From positions 2,976,001-3,040,000 of the forward strand of contig CDPCPM010000009.1 in the NCBI GenBank assembly GCA_976551045.1: a stretch of DNA of 64,000 bases, read 5' to 3'. A program made the position numbers and the translations under genes. Origin of the DNA: Glaucostegus cemiculus (Eukaryota). The notes beneath the pieces were generated by a model. It searched no databases, was not told the origin of the DNA, and was given only the letters and a program-made list of their open reading frames with translations. Positions 12,420 to 23,100 of the stretch are shown here, piece by piece; the stretch's first letter is position 1; each line of letters opens with the position of its first letter.

Positions 12420-12720
12420 ATAAGATAAGGTATCTTATTATTCACTTGTACATCAAAACACACAGTGAAATGCACCTCTTGCGTAGAGTGTTCTGGGGGG
12501 GGCAGCCCGCAAGTGTTGCCATGCTTCCGGTGCCAACGTAGCATGCCCACAACTTCCTAACCCATATGTCTTTGCAATGTGGGAGAAAACCAGAGCACCC
12601 AGAGGAAACCCACACAGACACTGGGAGAACGTACAAACTCCATACAGACGGCAGCCAGAATTGAACCCAGGTCACTGGCGCTGTAGTAGCGTTACGCTAA
12701 CCGCTACACTACCGTGCTGC
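12420..12720 (-). mobile_element. tRNA-derived V-SINE (HE1-related), full length
   Basis: Minus strand shows A box GGTAGTGTAGCGG, B box GGTTCAATTC, V-domain GGAGTTTGTACGTTCTCCC..GGGTTTCCTCTGGGTGCTCTGGTTTTCTCCCAC and a (TTATC)-like tail. Confidence 0.9.
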
Positions 12721-12944
12721 ATTATGTGCCATTCTCTAACTATGGATGCATTCATCATCATAAGATGACTCAATTTTGTTCTGATATTGTACCCGTGCCA
12801 TGTTTAAACTTTTTATTAACGTAAAGGCAGCATATCATGATGCAGAAATATTACCTTGCTGTTGAAGTAGACCTATTGTGTGATTTTTTTTTTTTTTGTT
12901 TCCTCGAATGGGCATGATGTTCACCATGATGAAACTTACACTCT

Positions 12945-13060
12945 CCTCCAGCAGTGTAATGTAAGACAGGTTATTGACCTGAAGCATTAGCTTGATTTCT
13001 CCTTTCTCCCATGCTATCTGACCTATTTCCAGCATTTTCTGTTTATTTCTTATTTCCAGA
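12945..13060 (+). mobile_element. Penelope-like terminal-repeat remnant
   Basis: aggttattgacctgaagcatt...tgctatctgacctatttccagcattttctg, the reverse orientation of the 10436 and 20020 family. Confidence 0.55.
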
Positions 13061-13250
13061 TTCCACAATTTTCTTACTTTACAGATAACCTTCAATCAGA
13101 TTATTTTAATTAATGAAGAGATCAGATTGAAAGGTTATATTCATCCATTGGTAAACATGAGGCAAATACTGAAAATACATTAAGAAATTAAATGCTGAGA
13201 TTTCATCCATCAGTATGTCTAAAAAGTTTAGTGTGGAATGTCTTCTAGGA

Positions 13251-13462
13251 ACAGTAAAACTCTGATTCATTGTCTGATCGTTTGGAAAACCTATCGTTAG
13301 GCATCTGGTTCACTGGGTGCTGATTCCTGTGCTCCCTTTAAATGCACCGGATTCATCATTGCCTAACAAAAGTGAATCAAAAGTATGGTGGTGTTTTATT
13401 GGAATGACACCTAATTGTTTGGAAATTCTGCCAGTCTGGTACCAGCAAAGTTCTGAGCATGC
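13251..13462. mobile_element. Second Tigger-like MITE copy, truncated by the CR1 insertion
   Basis: Starts cagtaaaactctgatt. Internal ctaattgtttggaaattctg..caaagttc resembles 6276-6320. A probable TIR remnant (ttattaacagagt) follows the CR1 at about 14356. Confidence 0.45.
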
Positions 13463-14352
13463 AAAGATAGAGTAGGATATCCATCAATTGTAGGTATGGG
13501 TGGAGGAATGGCAGATAGAGTTTAACCCAGCCAAATGTGATGTGTTGCACTTTGGAAGATCAAATGTAAAGGGACAGTACACTGTTAATGGCAAGACCCT
13601 CAACAGTTGATATACAGAGGGATCTTGTGGTCCAAGTCCATAGCTGCCTGAAGGTTGACAGGGTGGTAAAGAAGGTGTATGGCATGCTTGCCTTAAGTAG
13701 TCAAGGAACTGAGTTCAAGTGTCGGGAAGTTATGTTGCAGCTTTATAAAACTCTAGTTAGGCCGCATCTGGAGTACTGCATTCAAATCTGGTTGCCCCAT
13801 TACAGGAAGGATGTGGCACCTTTGGAGAGAGTGCAGAAGAGGTTTACCAGGATGCTGCCTGGATTAGAGGGCATGTGCTATAAGGAGAGATTGGACAAAC
13901 TTGGGTTGTTTTCTCTGGAGCGGCAGAGACTAAGGGGAGATCTGAGAGAGGTTTATAAGATTATGAGAAGTGTAGATAGAATGGACAGCTGGTACCTTTT
14001 TTCCAGGCTTGAAATGTCTAATACCAGAGGGCATGCATTTAAATTGTGTGTGTGTGTGTGTGGGGGGGGGGGGGGGTAAATTCAAAGGAGATGTGTGGGG
14101 CAAGTTTTTTCTACACAGAGGTTGGTGAATGCCTGGAATGCACTGTCAGGGGTGGTGGTGGAAGCAAATGTGATAGAGGCATTCAAGAGGCTCTTAGATA
14201 GGCACATGATTGTGCAGGAAATGAAGGGATATAGACATTGTGTAGGCAGAAGGGATTAATTTAGTTGGGCATTTGATTACTAATTTTATTAGTTTGACAC
14301 AACTTTGTGGGCCAAAGGGCCTTTTCCTATGCTGTACTGTTCTATGTTCTAT
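13463..14352 (+). mobile_element. CR1/HER1 LINE 3' portion, relatively young
   Basis: ORF 13588-14079 (LYKTLVRPHLEYCIQIWLPHYRKD...LERVQKRFTRMLPGL...RLRGDLREVYKIM) is CR1 ORF2. It ends in (ttcta)-type tail repeats. Confidence 0.93.
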
Positions 14353-15404
14353 GCTTTATTAACAGAGTGGTAGTATCAACTGATACTACAAGTACACAGT
14401 ATTTGAGTTTCTCAAATACTTGTGTTTGTTGTCTGGAATTTTCCACCTTTAAGTTTTGGAATAAAAAGGGTATCTGGAGTAAATTTCCTGTTGATCCAAC
14501 TTCAATATTTGAATCAGAAATGGACAATTTTCAACGTGATCTCTTCCCATTTATAATTGTGACACCATTATGAAGGATAAGTGTACCTGGTGCTATGGGT
14601 AGCTATGTACAAGAGCATTTCCTGGGAGTGCTACGCTGTGCCTTCAGTATTTATTTCCACTCTGTCAAATACACTTTTTATGCAGAGTTTTATGGGAACC
14701 TATGTGAATGTTGTTGAATATGGAATGAAGGTTTGAGGATTCCAGAAACATTGTCATTTGAACTTGATTTGTACTTTGAAAGCATATTGGGTAGAAGAGG
14801 CTTAGACTAATGTAGTGTTTTTTGCATTCTCAGGATGTCCCATGTGCTTAACAGCTACATAAATCAAAAACTAGATCTGTAGTACTGCAGGTAATTTGGT
14901 CTTTCTGTTTTAAAGATATGACAGAGAAAAAGGCTGAGGGATTTATCCCAGAAGACTGCCAACATATTCTCACTCAATGATTAATATTATTGCACAACAT
15001 TGTATTACATAATGTATAATATTTTGGAAGGTTTGGACAAATGGAATCTAAGTCATCTCTTCTAATATGTACACATTTTAAGGGCAAGGCTCATACTTAC
15101 AAATCAAGAACAACAAAAGAATATAGGAAACACAGATGGTAATTTATTGCACTAAGCAGGGATACTCAGTATGTGGAATAGATTGTTGCTGTTTATGGTG
15201 GACTAGTGAACCTTGGTGTGCTTTTGAGAAAAAGTTAGGAAGGTTCTTGTTAAGGTTATTGCAGCAAAGGATTACAGTGGATGGGTAACCTAGATTGCAA
15301 GTTTGTGGTGACTGAAATTCTCTACATTGGATGTATTCAGAAGTTGAAAGAGAAATTCAAGAGTGTAATGTAGAAATAAAACTAAACCATAAAATCTAGC
15401 AATA

Positions 15405-15720
15405 ACAGCTTCCGTTTATATAGCACCTTTTACATAATTAACCATCCCAAGGTGCTTCATGGAGTTTGTCAGACAAGATTTGATTCCTAGCCAGATAAAG
15501 AGATACAAGAACAATGATCAAACCCTTGGTGAAAGGTGAGTTTCAGTGTCTCAAAGGAAGTTTGACAGTAGGAAGGAAAAGAAATTTAAGGAGGCAATTT
15601 CAGAACTTTGCTTTCAGCTGTTGTTGGTGGAAAATCAACATTGTGGGGCTGAGGTTGAGGGGATGGGGATTAGCTCAGAGATGAGGGAATAGGACGTGAA
15701 AGACTTGAACTCCAGGATGA
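15405..15720 (-). mobile_element. L2-like LINE/SINE tail, decayed
   Basis: tttatatagcaccttttacata..catcccaaggtgcttca..ggaggcaatttcagaact is the reverse of the common L2-type 3' end. Confidence 0.5.
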
Positions 15721-16007
15721 AGATGTAACATACACAAAAATGGAAAATGCTGGAATCACTCAGCAAGTCGGGCAATATCTGTGCGTGAAAAGCAAAACAG
15801 AGTTAACATATCGTATTGAAAACCATCGGAACTGGGAAAGAGAAAAAAGATTAATTTTTAAGTTGTGGACAAGGTGAGAGGGAGGGCAGGGGATGGATAG
15901 GACAAATGGTATAATCTGTGGTAGGTTAAGGCTAGGGTTGCTGTGGAGATGTGCTGTTAATGGAGATGGTTATTGGACTGTGATAACCAAGTGTAATGTG
16001 TTGCAAG

Positions 16008-17101
16008 TGTTACAGACTAGCTTACTATTGGTGAATGTCACTTTAAGATAGAGTAGTGTGTGTGTAGCGCGATGATGTCAACAGAAGATAAAGGACGTAA
16101 TGACGTTTTTGGAGCAGACAGTCGGAGTCAGTCAGAGGAGAAAAAGAGAGAGAGAGAGACCAGCCTGCTCGTCTCTATCAATGGATGAAAAATAGTAACT
16201 GTGTCTGTCACTACAATCCGCGTATGGATTTTTGGAATAATCCGGTGGGGTCCACTTTGTCGTTAACCTGTGGAGGGAAATGGGTATTTGTGTGGATGGC
16301 CACATAAGATAATATAAGATCTTTATTAGTCACATGTACATCGAAACACACAGTGAAATACATCTTTTGCATAGTGATTTTGGGGGGGGGACATCCTGCA
16401 AGTGTCGCCACGCTTCCGGCGCCAACATAGCACGCCCATAACTTCCTAACCTGTAGGTCTTTGGAAAGTGGGAGGAAACAGGACCACCCAGAGAAAACCC
16501 ACACAGATACGGGGAGAATGTACAAACTCCTTGCAGACAGTGGCCGGATTTGAACCCGGGTCGCTGGCACTGTAAAGCAATTGTGCTAACCACTATGCTA
16601 TGGGTGGCAGATACTTCAGAACAAAGCAGTGGAGTTCACTTTGTTGTTGACCTGCAGAAGGAAACAAGTATTTGTGTGGACAGCCATGATTCGCGTGCCT
16701 TTTGGGGGAGGCAGATGCAGTGGAGTAGTCACTGCTGAGTAGACACTGAGGTGTTGTATGAGTTTCAAAGTGGAACATTTGGATTTTGTAATGTCATTAT
16801 TTTCTCTCTGTTTTGTCTTCAGTCAACGGTGGTTGTTGAAGAAGGCTTTGATCACGTCTCACCTCATGGCTTGCTGAACTGAACATTGAAAACCATTCCT
16901 GGACTTGGGAGTTTGGGAATTTGTCACACACACACTACGAGTTTAGATTTTGGGGTTAATATTTAAGATTTAACATTGTTACTTCTAACATTCTAACATT
17001 TTTACTTCTATTTTTCTCATTATCATAAGTAGTTATTAATAAAGTCGTTTTTAACACTTATACCTGACTCGGTGTGTTTCTTTTGTTGCTGGTTCGTAAC
17101 A
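16008..17101 (+). mobile_element. Solo LTR (Gypsy-like) containing a SINE
   Basis: Termini TGTTACAGACTAGC ... GCTGGTTCGTAACA (11/14 inverted match), 4-bp TSD CAAG (16004-16007 and 17102-17105), AATAAA at 17038-17043. Confidence 0.82.
16305..16600 (-). mobile_element. V-SINE, same family as 12420-12720
   Basis: B box GGGTTCAAATCC, V-domain and tail catgtgactaataaagatcttat on the minus strand. Confidence 0.9.
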
Positions 17102-17559
17102 CAAGTAACAAGTCAGTGTGCTCAAGTGTTAAGAGGGAGGAGAAAGTACTGAGCCAATATCACAGACTGATGACCTGCTGCAAAATTAGCCAGTTCTGAC
17201 ATAGTCGGAGAAAATAAGTTATCAGAAGTTGGAGAAAGCGATAATGTATCTGAATGGCTGCAATATCTTCATAGGGAAGATGAGGTGCTGTTCCTCAAAC
17301 TTGCATTGGGCCCTGTTATGATAGAGTTGAAGGCCACTGGCAGAGTGATCAGAGTGGGGAATAGAATGGAAAATTAAAGATAAGTCAGTGCGGGAGTGCC
17401 TAACTCAATGTTAAAACACCATAATGTCGCAATAGATATTGTTCTTACAAATGGCTCCATCATTGTCAGATGGAGTTTTCTAGTTTAGAGAAGAAATCAA
17501 ACTCCAGGAAGTTTAATCTGGGAGTAGTCCATCCAGTGTTATTATTTTCTGAAAGACAA

Positions 17560-17752
17560 TGGACTGCAGATGCTGAAGCAAAAAAAAACTGCTGGAGGAA
17601 CTCAGCAGGTCAAGCAACATCTGTGGAGGGGGAAGGAAATTGTCAACACTTTGAGTTAAGATACTGGGTCTGGATGCAGGGTCTCAATGTTGACAATTCC
17701 TTTCCCTCCTCAGATGCTGCTCAACCTGAGTTCCTCCAGCAGTTTGTTTATT
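17560..17752. repeat. Palindromic (fold-back) Penelope-derived short element
   Basis: aaactgctggaggaactcag ... ctgagttcctccagcagttt and aattgtcaaca ... tgttgacaatt form nested inverted arms. Confidence 0.75.
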
Positions 17753-17967
17753 GCTTCCTTACTTTCAGCCTGTTAGCATTAAATTGTGTGACTTGTAACG
17801 TGGGTAACTTAGTTTGGTGTTCATTTGCACCAAAGGGAGTTTGCTTATTATCCCTGGTTAATTTTATTTTTGTAACATTTTAGATTGGTATACTTTGGGG
17901 GGGAAAATATCTGTACAACCAATAAATCTATCACCTTGAGGTTATTGATAAGTGTTTCTTTATCCAG

Positions 17968-18067
17968 ATGGAGTGCTTGATCTGTCTACTAAGAAGAGTC
18001 CTTGTGCTGGCAATGTTTCTGCAAGCAAGTTTCTAGATTGCTCCTCTTCTGCTGTTTTAGTCAAAGG
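17968..18067 (+). CDS. LCOR: LCOR/PALI1 last shared exon with second CtBP motif
   Basis: Acceptor tttctttatccag| and donor |gtaagc. 100 nt, phase 1 to 2. Encodes DGVLDLSTKKSPCAGNVSASKFLDCSSSAVLVKG, matching LCOR 'DGVLDLSTKKSPCAG'. Too short for the ORF track. Confidence 0.96.
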
Positions 18068-20019
18068 GTAAGCATGAAGACTGTCTGCATGAAACTGCTT
18101 TTACCCTTTAGTTCACCTATTTAAATACAGAAATGCTGGGTGTTTCTTCATCCTCCAATTATTTTTAAGAGATTTCCCCTTTGACTTCAACAATGCAATA
18201 ACTGCAATATTATTTTGAGTAACTTTTCACCTTGGGGCATTTTATTAACTTCATTTATATGATATTTTTTTTATGGTTCAGTCCTCAATTAAAGTTTTCC
18301 TTATTTACATTCATTTTTTGGGATTTTTTTACCTCTTATGTTCTCATGGTTTTCTTCAAAGTCATGTACCAAAATTTAGGCTGTTCTGTTGATATTATTT
18401 CAGCATTTATGTAGCATTAAAAAAAACCCACAAAGTCCATGACCCTAATGTATGATGAATGGGAGGGGAGTGGAAGTGGAAATGCAATGTCTGCCTTTTG
18501 TTGGTGTACTTGGCCAAGCCAATGCTGCCTTTGTACAGTACAGTGCTATCTCTACAGAGTTTCCTCTATAGTTCTCAAATTACACAAGGCCCCTATACCT
18601 TGTCTTTCCTGGTAGTGAACCTCATGATATGCAGTTATATACCTATTGTCATAACCATGCAGAATTTGGACCTGGAAAAACAAAAAAAAACTTCTCATTT
18701 ATTTTGTTTTTTATAAAATGTATTGAAATAACTTCTTTAGATGCAGGTGGTGATGATTTTGGTTGTATGGAAAATGATCTAGAACTTTACCTCTAAGGAG
18801 AATGAACAACAGATATCTCTGGAGAATACAGCCTGGATTTAATTATGACTCTTGAAACAGGGTGATTAGGGTTGTCCACTCGAAGTATTCTGGAGTTACT
18901 GGAGATCAAATATTACCATCCTGGACACTTATCAACAGGAGATTGGGAATAATTGTTACTCTGATGTAAAACTGAGATGAGGAAGTATGATTCAATGTGG
19001 GGATGGTGGGAGAAGCAGTTAGGAATATTGATAGAAGAAGGGGGAAAAATAACAGGGCACCAACATTTCCAAGAGAACTGAAGAGCAGTAGTAATGTGGC
19101 AAGTGGAATTGGTCCCAATAGAAAAGCAGCCATTTAAGACACTTTGTTAAATAGTGAATAAACCCAGGATTCTTACTAGAAGAACCAAGTAGGAAGGAAA
19201 GTTTTTGAGGGTGATAGTATCATGGGATATTTTGCCATGAGTGGCTTTTAAAATTGTGGATGTATTCTATGAAGAATAAATATCGAAGTATCTTGGGAGG
19301 GAAGATGGTTCTAGGAGTGAGCATGGGTACTGAAAGACAAGTGCTACCTCCTTGTGCTGAAATTTATCTGAAGAGTAACTCCTCTCTTTGAGTCTGGGTC
19401 AGGGGAGTAGTTTAGAAATGTTGTTGCTAAATTGAGTTTAGAATGAGATGCTGTGAGAAATACGCTCAACATTGAGCCTTCTGCCCTCCTATATGATCTG
19501 TCAGTTGGGATTGTATTGGTTCATGCCAGTCAGTTTTCATATGGTGCCTAAGTACAGATTTGCTCTGACTGAGGATACCAATTCAGAGTTGAACTTTCAA
19601 GCTGTACTAGTGCAATGGGAGATATGAAGAAAAGTTTAGACTGATGATGAATGTTATGCGAATAGAATAGCACCTGTTCAAACCTCCTGGAATGTTTTCA
19701 AGCAGAGCTAGGAACCCTATTGTGGCTGAATACATGACTGACTAAGGGGCTTGTTCACTTTAATATTCTAATTCAGGTCCTATGACATAAACATAAGCTA
19801 CAGATGGGTGGATTGTGCACTGTTCTATCTCCACAATTTTAGCCAGCAGACCAACTGAATACAAGTTCCAGAGTAAAATTTTTAACTTTGAGCTTGTGTG
19901 CTGCACTGAATTTCATTAAAATAAATGGGCTGAGACGCAGTACCTTATGTGAAAAGGCCTTCTCTTGTTCTCCACTCCAGCACCCCAAATACCCTATCAG
20001 TTTCTTAGCTTGGGCTAGA

Positions 20020-20112
20020 AGCAGAAAATGCTGGAAATGCTCAGCAGGTCAGGCAGCATCTATGGAAAGAGAAATAAAGTTAATGTTTCATTTTGAAGAT
20101 TCCTCATCAGAC
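20020..20112 (-). mobile_element. Penelope-like terminal-repeat fragment with hammerhead core
   Basis: gaaaatgctggaaatgctcagcaggtcaggcagcatc...; the minus strand reads tCTGATGAggaatcttcaaaatGAAACatt. Confidence 0.65.
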
Positions 20113-23100
20113 CTTCTCCTCTTAGCTTAGATTTTGACAGGGTCACCTGATATTGCACCGACTCATCATAGGTAGGTTGCCCACTATGCACTGTTTCTTC
20201 CCAAGCCCAATGTTATTAAGACCCACTCTCTGATTGGGCCAGGTCTCCAACTATGACTAACTACAGTTGGTGTCCCTATTGGTTACTTCACTTTTAAGAA
20301 AACTACAGCTTTTATTTAAAAAGTAAAATTTTGAATAGCTGGTGTGGACCGTTTCCAATGGTTGTAATTCAGTATCGTATCACAGTACATCTATTTTGTA
20401 TGGTTGTGAATAGTTCTGATAATTACTGCTATAATCTTAGAGACAGGAAGGCTTTGTGTTCATTTGCCAGTCAACATTGCTGAATGATCATGATAGGACA
20501 ACAGTGAAAGGACCAGAAATTGACTAGCTTCTATAAGCTGTGAAGCTGTCCCTCTTCCTCATGCCTATTCCCTTTGGGGTGGGGGGGGCGGGGAGAGGAA
20601 TTACTGGTGTAGCTTCAACTCTTAAAATGTACATAACAAATATTTAATTACACTTGATGCCATGACAACATTTGATATTGTCTTCTGATCACCCACTTCC
20701 TCAAATAATAATTGGCAAATTTTTCTACATTAGAATAATGATCAAAAGTACTTCACTGGCAGTAAAGTGATTGGACATGTCCTGATTCTGTAAAAGATGC
20801 TCTGTGACTGCAAGTTCTTTCTTTTAGGATTAAAAGCTGATGTTTGAATTCCACAAGATGGGTCAACCAAACAAGTAGTTACATGCGGTGTATTCTGAAG
20901 CATATGGGCAATTCTTATGTAATAGGACCTATCTTTATTTCTGGAACTAGCCATTTATGACCTTATGCTATTAATTTAGGGCCAAATAATTAATTTTGTG
21001 TTTTTTAGTAAAATTGCACAGCAATGTCACTGTATATTGCCTGCAGTACAATAACAGATTTCTCACATTCTTAAGGTGAATAAAGTTCAAAGCTGTTGCA
21101 AACTAAGATTTTGGAGCATTTACCAATTGGTTTCAAGTCTCATGTTTCCTTCTAGAGTATATTTTCTCATAGGATTAGTACTGGCAAAATAGAACTACTG
21201 TAATTTACAGAGGTTCCTAATGAACACAGCTCTGTTCAACATTGCAAGATAGTAATATTGTACTCTGGAAAGGACCAGTTATTTGACAGCTTATTTTGTT
21301 TGTATATGAACCTGATCCCTACTGCTTCCCTTGTATTTTTATGTTGCCATAATATCCTCCTTCCACCCTTTCGAAAACTGGTTTTCCCAGATGCTGTATG
21401 GTTCAGTGTTACTTTTACAAGATCACTACACCAGTTATAGAAGAAGTGAAAATGCATGATTACGTCAGTTATAAATCCACAATAAGGAAACTAACTTCAG
21501 ACTAATTATGGGTGCCTGTACTTGTTGTTTACCAGCATGCTGGAGATATTCAGTGGAATTGTATATGAAAGTGATCACCATCTTCATTTGTACAGTTTCC
21601 ACTTGATTATTTACTGAATAGAGTGGATTTCATTTTTTTAATCAATCTTGCCTATGAAGAAGATCTTTAGGTAAGTACTTAGAGTTCACAATATTCTTTA
21701 GATGAGACTTGAATCTGAGGATCAATCAACATACCAGGTGAATATTAAAAGCTCTGGTGGGAAAATGTGAAGGAGAATATGCAAATGTCATTACTAAGAT
21801 TTATACAAAAAAATCAAAAATAATTATTCCAGTTGTTCATCTCATTTCTTGTGGGTTATTGCTAGCTTAGGTTTATAACTGCATTTGTTTGCTTTACGAA
21901 TATTCTGGCAAACGCTTTGAGAATTGCTGATGTGTAAAGACAGCTATATTAATGCATATATTAGTTGTACTAAAACAGTATATTTGAGTCAGCACTTTTT
22001 TAATATAAGGAAGTCATTTTTCATTTCTTTAATTTTCTTTTCAAAGCTTCCATGCCCCAGATAGAAACCAGTAATAAACAGTATTAAAATGTGTGAAGTT
22101 TACAGATTTAACTAAACTGAAAAAATACCTTTTACCAATTAATTTGGTTGTCAACCTTGTACTTCTGTTAATAATCACTACAATTATGTGGTGATTTTAA
22201 ACTTCATGTGGTCACTGAGGGTCAATGTAGTTGATCAGTGTGTCCACTTGTGTTCATGTGATGTTGGTTTGATAAACTGAATTTTAAGGCACTTATTTTG
22301 CAAAACTCGAATTCAGTAAAATGCATTCTTTGTAGGTTTTCTGTGAGCAAATGAAATGGGAAATACACTTTGGGGAAGCATTTAAGTGTAGAAATTCTGA
22401 CTTTTTTAAATTTACCCTCTCAAAAAATATATATAAAAGTTTCTTGTAACAAGTGTCTAAGAGTATACACTTAATTTGTAAGACTTTTGAAGATATGGGA
22501 GTAGCACAAAGTTCCCATTTTCTGAAAGAATTGTGCACTCCAAATAGCACTTTTTAGAATTTTAATCCTATGAAGTCTTTCTTTTTCAATATGCTGCAAC
22601 TTCACACAAACGCTCACTGTTAAGCCTGTCTTTATTTGAACTGGGTAAGAGATTTACCAGTACAACAGTACATTAGATATGCTCTTATCTTGTTGTTTAT
22701 CCTGGAAGACGTGTATTTTAATTAATATTATGGGAATGAATCTTACAAGAGGCAAGTCCCAGTGCTTATACTGTTAATTCTGGCTTCCATTGCCCAACAG
22801 ATTTGCGGGTTGAACTTTTAACAAAGGACTGTGTGTTGGGAAACTGACTGCATTGGATATAATGCTGATTTTACATTCCACTCTATTCTCCGTTGAAGTC
22901 GAGAGTCGGTAATATTGAGTGGGATGTAAAATCGACAATCCACCCATCTCCACAGGTCTCCTGCAAGGTGAATTGGAATAAAGTAACCTACAAAAATTCA
23001 GATAAACCTCTGTATATGAGTCAGTTGCCAAAGAATGGGACAACTCAATTAATAGTATAAATTCTCAGAGATGTTCACTGATGAAGGTTTGAAACAAAAG

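Larger units (their letters stand above)
15740..17390 (-). mobile_element. Penelope-like element 3' remnant (GIY-YIG C-terminus), split by a solo LTR
   Basis: 17359 to 17225 translates PHSDHSASGLQLYHNRAQCKFEEQHLIFPMKILQPFRYIIAFSNF, resembling the Penelope/Poseidon endonuclease end (RKLEEQHLIFRLGTLQP.G.NIEFSNF). The terminal-repeat part lies at 15740-15830. Confidence 0.8.

Noticed and set aside
12650-12720. tRNA-like A/B boxes
   Set aside because: These are SINE heads followed by a V-domain, with no complete cloverleaf, so they are not tRNA genes.
13588-14079. 163-aa ORF as a host gene
   Set aside because: It is a CR1 ORF2 C-terminal fragment disrupted by a (TG)n/G run.
23078-23095. CTGATGA-aggttt-GAAAC hammerhead-like string
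   Set aside because: There is no stem II or stem I pairing and no PLE context; probably chance.
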